Source of the DNA: Eledone cirrhosa | Lineage: Eukaryota | Direction: 5' to 3' | DNA length: 64,000 bases | Assembly: GCA_964016885.1 (NCBI GenBank) | Contig: OZ024749.1 | Coordinates: forward strand, 44,268,001 to 44,332,000 | In this document: positions 58,543 through 64,000 of the stretch, in pieces | Layout of the letters: the number at the start of each line of letters is the position of its first letter | Numbering within the stretch: position 1 is the stretch's first letter | Notes under the pieces: model-generated | The model's database searches: none | What the model saw: the letters and a program-made list of their open reading frames with translations, nothing else | Told to the model about the DNA's origin: nothing | Program-made: the position numbers and the translations under genes

Positions 58543-60261
58543 TACGTTCACGGACATACACACACGGACACACACACGGATACGTTCACAGACACACACA
58601 CGGACACACACACGGATACGTTCACAGATACACACACACACACAGACACACACACACACGGACACACACACACGGATATGCTCACGGATACACACACACG
58701 GGCACACACACAGATATACTCACGGACACACACACACACACACACTTGGATACACACATACATACGTGGACACACACACACACATAGGGATACACACTCA
58801 TACACACACACACGGATACACACACGCACGGACACGCGAACACAGAAACACATGTATACAAATTGAGCGAATTAATGTGTGAGTGTCTGTATATATATAT
58901 ATATGTGTGTGTGTGTGTATGTGAGCGTGTGTGTGTGAGAGAGAGAGGGAGAGAGAGTGTGCGTGTATGAGAGGGAGAGAGAGAGAGAGAGACAGAGAGA
59001 GTGTGTGTGTGAGAGGAAATGAAGGAGTGAGATAAGTCCATGAGAATGACAGAGAAAGAAAGAAAGGAGATAGTAAGACACAAATGAAATTTCCGAGAAA
59101 AATGAACAAAGAGAGAAGGGGAAGGCAGAGAGAGAGAGAGAGGGAGAGAAAGAGAGATGGGGAGGGAGGTAGAGGGAGAGAGAGTGATAAGGAAAAAGGC
59201 AGAGGGAGAAGTGAGAGGAAGAAAGAAAGAGGGGAAGGCAGAGGAAGAAATTGCGAGAGTGAGGAGGAAAAAGAAAATATGTGAGAGGGAGAAAATTTAC
59301 GGCAGATCCAAGAGAAGAAACATTGATTGAGCAACATGGATAGATAGATAGAGAGAGAGAGATAGATAGAGAGAGAGAGATAGAGAGGGGGGGATAGATA
59401 GACGTTAAAAAGGAGAGAGAGGTGGGGAGAGAAGGGGGAGGAAGAGAGAAGGGAGAGAGAGCTTGACAGGCAGATTACAAAAAGGAGAGATGGCGAGATA
59501 GAGAGAGATGGAGAGAGAAAGATGGAGAGAGAGAGAGAGAGAGAGAGATAGAGCTGGAGAGAGGGAGATGGATAGAGAGAGTGATAAATAGAGATGCATA
59601 GATAGAGATAGATAGAGAGAGAGATGGAGAGAGAGATGGAGAGATAGAGATGGAGAGAGAGAGATGGAGAGAGAGAGAGAGATGGAGATATAGAGATGGA
59701 GAGAGAGAGATGGACACAGAGATGGAGAGAGAGAGACGGAGAGAGAGAGAGAGATGGAGAGATAGTGATGGATAGAGAGAGATGGACACAGAGATGAAGA
59801 GAGTGAGATGGAGAGAGATAGATAGATTGAGAGAGATAGAGATAGTGATGGATAGAGAGAGAGATGGACACAGAGATGGAGAGAGATAGATAGATAGAGA
59901 GAGAGAGATAGTGAGAGGGCTAGTGAGATAGAATAGATGAAACCAGGAGAAGAATGAGGAGAGTAAGAAAGTTAGAGCGAGAAGAGATAAGATAGGAAGG
60001 GAGGTGTGGAGAGAGAGAGAGAGAGTATGTATGAAAGTGAGACAGAGTGTATCTATGAGAGTAAGAGAGGGTGAGAGAGTGTATGAGAGAGAGTGAGAGA
60101 GTGTGATATGTTGTGTTTTTCTCCATGCGAGTTCTAGCAAGACACATGTGAAAGATCAAGGATGAGTATTTCACCAAGCACACACCGTGTGTGGTGTGAG
60201 CTGGTCTAGTGAACACACACACATATACATATCTATACAAACATATATAAACACACCCACG

Positions 60262-60301
<40 letters not shown>

Positions 60302-60363
60302 CAAACATATATACAAACATTTATATATTCAAACATACATACACACACCAACATATATATATT

Positions 60364-60464
60364 CAGGGTGTCCTAAAAAAATGTGTGCACTTTCATAACC
60401 CATACAGGCAATATTTATTAGAATGTTGTTGAAGTGTGTATATATATATTTTTTAGACACCCTG
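60364..60464. mobile_element. Tc1/mariner-type MITE (diverged copy)
   Basis: cagggtgtcctaaaaaa ... ttttttagacaccctg|ta; interior similar to 52526-52625. Confidence 0.8.
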
Positions 60465-60483
60465 TATATACACATACATACAT

Positions 60484-60514
<31 letters not shown>

Positions 60515-60628
60515 AATACAAACACATATCTATATCTCTGTATATACATACATATATGTATATACATAAATACACACAAACATATACATAAAAACATATA
60601 TATAACCTTCCACTTGTATATATAAATA

Positions 60629-60660
<32 letters not shown>

Positions 60661-60673
60661 ACCTTCTTCCACT

Positions 60674-60748
<75 letters not shown>

Positions 60749-61044
60749 ACTGTTTTAAGTACATCTACTGAATGAGCACTGAAAGATGTTGAAAAGAGTA
60801 TAATTCGTTATTTTCCGAAAAAGACAAAAAAATTAAAAGGAAAAATGAAATAGTTGGCAGAGACTTGGAAATTTCGGCGATGGTACGTCTCAAGTAAGTC
60901 TGGAAGAGGGAACAGCTAACGACATCACTTCGAAGTTACTATCACCTTTTTACTTGGATAAAGATAAAAACAAAGAAGAAAAATTATATATGCATATATG
61001 TATGTGTGTATAAAAATATATATATACTATAAATGTAGTATTAT

Positions 61045-61097
<53 letters not shown>

Positions 61098-61187
61098 ATA
61101 TAAATATAATATATATATATAACATAATATATACATATATATATATAATTTAATACACACACATATATAATATTTATTATAAGAACA

Positions 61188-61220
<33 letters not shown>

Positions 61221-61318
61221 CCTTATCGAGCCCTCTTCGGATTTTAGTCTTCATATTTATTATTACTATATATATAATATATACATAAATATGTATATGT
61301 TTGCTTTCTTCTTTCATA

Positions 61319-61385
<67 letters not shown>

Positions 61386-62032
61386 TACATACATACATGA
61401 AAGCAAGGAAGCAAACATATATTGGCTTTCCGGCCAATTCTTTCCGCTCTGTCTCCTAAATGAGAGTTTCTGTTTAAAAGTTTCTGGAAAATTGTTGTTT
61501 GTGCTTTTTATTCCCACCACTTCGACATCGACAAAATCACTTGTCATATCAATCAAAATATTATGGATAAATTACGGAATGGTTATCAGTTATCGATAAA
61601 TACATTTTGGCGAAGGATTACATTAAGACGTTACCTGTCTTAATTTGAATTTCTATATTTGAAATGAATATTTTGTGAAAGGTAATTCTACCTTTATTTT
61701 ACGGAGTACCACTATATGGTGTATATTTTTATACAAAAATTACAAACCAAACCTAACGCAAGAGAGACAACGAAAAGGTAGGTTTAGTAAATAATTTGTA
61801 TTATATATAGTAAACTTAATTGGTTCCAACATACACTCAACACTCACATTTAAATATACACACGCCTCTTTTTCAGCGTTGTATGTTTGTTTATATATAC
61901 ACACATCTGTTGTGTATTTGCGTATATATATATATATATTGTATATACATCTTTAAATGTTATATGCTTGTTTATAAATATACACATCTGTGATTATTCA
62001 TTATATTATACATATATATATGCATGTGTGTA

Positions 62033-62085
<53 letters not shown>

Positions 62086-63547
62086 GTTCAATGCTTGTTT
62101 ATATACATGCATAACTGAGAATGTATATATATATATATATATATACGTATTGTTTTTAAATCGTTGACTGTGTACCGAACTTTTGGTGCTCGTCATGTAT
62201 ATATATGTATATATATATATATAATTTCAGGGTATTTCTGTCTCTCTTTCTGTATACACACACAAATATATACAAAATATTTCGCATTTTATGTTTTTGT
62301 TACGAAAATGTTTTAGAATAAGTACGTGTATTTATACATTTATATATACCTTTCAATGTCTGTTATTGTTATTATTGTTATTATTGTTATTATTAGTATT
62401 CTTATTGTTGTTATTGCCATTATTGTTGTTACTATTATCGTTGTTACTATTATTACTATAATTGTTATTTTTATCATTCTACATGGCATTTCAGAAATGT
62501 TTATAGAATATATACTACAATTAATATTTGACTGATTCATTTCTAGGTTTGCATTCGCCTTCTCGTGTGTGTATTTTATACAGTTGACTATACTTTAATG
62601 ATATAATTGTTTATACACGCGTATGTTTATATACACTGATAAATATGTGCAATGCATTTATATCAACGTGCATCGAAACAAGTTATATACGCATGTATAC
62701 ACACATATATAAATATATATATGTATGTGTGTGTATGTTTATATATATATTGTGTGTGTATGTTTATATATATATATATAGTGTGTATGTTTATATATAT
62801 ATATATATATATATAGTGTGTGTATGTTTATATATATATATATATATAGTGTGTGTATGTTTATATATATATATATATTGTGTGTGTATGTTTATATATA
62901 TATATATAGTGTGTATGTGTGTTTATATATATTTTTGTGTATGTGTGTTTATATATATAGTGTGTATGTGTGTTTATATATATTGTGTGTATTTATATAT
63001 ATATATTGTGTGTATGTGTGTTTATATATATATATTTATATATATTTATATATATATTGTGTGTATGTGTGTTTATATATATATATTTATATATATTTAT
63101 ATATATATTGTGTGTATATATATATATATTTATATATATTTATATATATATTGTGTGTATGTGTGTATATATATATAGTGTGTTTATATATATATATTGT
63201 GTGTGTATATATATATATGTGTATGTGTGTATGTATGTGTGTGTGTATGTATGTGTGTGTATATATATATATATATATGTGTATGTTATATATATACATA
63301 TGTGTGTGTGTATGTGTTTATATATATATATATATATGTATGTATGTTGGAGTACCTTAGCATTTTCAGCTTCACAGTCGATTGATCCATCTACCGAAGT
63401 ATATTCAATGATAATATTGTTTGTGTGTCTGTACCTGTGATTGTGAGCGTGTTTGCGTGAGTTCGATAACGTGTGCTGGCGCGCGTGCATTTGTGTGGGT
63501 ACACTTTTATATATACAGACTTTCGGGAGGGAGTGATTCGTTCGTTG

Positions 63548-63586
<39 letters not shown>

Positions 63587-63614
63587 TGTATGTATAGTAT
63601 ATTTGGCAATATAC

Positions 63615-63737
63615 TGTATGTTTAATTAAAAAACATTTTGAAGACCGTTCGCTATGAGTTTTAAAGTAATGACTGAAACTTATTCTCAGCAAAAACAACA
63701 GAGAGTGGTCGTCAAAATGTTTTTAATTAAACATACA
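63615..63737. repeat. Fold-back with ~31-bp arms
   Basis: tgtatgtttaattaaaaaacattttgaagacc / ggtcgtcaaaatgtttttaattaaacataca. Confidence 0.75.
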
Positions 63738-63803
63738 TGTATGCATCGCTATTTCAGAACACCAATACTAATACCTATGTATATATATATATATGTATAG
63801 ACA

Positions 63804-63994
63804 GTCTTTGTCAAGTCGGACCGAGGAAACAATGTTTCCATTAATCTTCCCAATTGTTAATACTATCTATCTATCGGCCACAACTCCAGGTAGAAGGGGG
63901 CAATGTGAAATAAAGTATCTTAACCCAAGAACATGTCCGAGAATTGAACTCGCAATCTCATGATTGCGAATTCAATTCTCTAACTACGCGCCTT
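63804..63994 (-). mobile_element. SINE S1 (diverged)
   Basis: Reverse complement of S1 with deletions. Confidence 0.85.
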
Positions 63995-64000
63995 TATATA

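Overview
Eukaryotic, very AT-rich, non-genic (intergenic or intronic) DNA made largely of (TA)n, (CA)n, (GA)n, (TATC)n and triplet microsatellites. The texture and SINE types suggest an octopus/coleoid cephalopod; this is inference, not verified. No host protein-coding exon can be supported, and almost all listed ORFs are microsatellite translations. The non-microsatellite islands are mostly mobile-element debris: three tRNA-derived SINE families (S1, S2, S3); 3' fragments of RTE, RTE-X-like, CR1-like, CRE-like and Tx1/L1-like LINEs; tiny Tc1/mariner-type MITEs; and several minisatellites. The main signal is a set of sequence-unrelated 100-430 bp elements (families A, B, C, E, F and degenerate relatives). 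They carry type-I hammerhead ribozyme motifs (CUGANGA...GAAA...NUH, helices checked by hand), are usually built as fold-back inverted repeats, and abut (TA)n at their 3' tail. Their 5' ends and inversion points cluster at the ribozyme helices. They most resemble Penelope-like retroelement pseudo-LTR remnants or retrozyme-like non-autonomous elements; no partner reverse transcriptase is in the window. Family names are my own labels and coordinates were read by eye (+/- a few nt).
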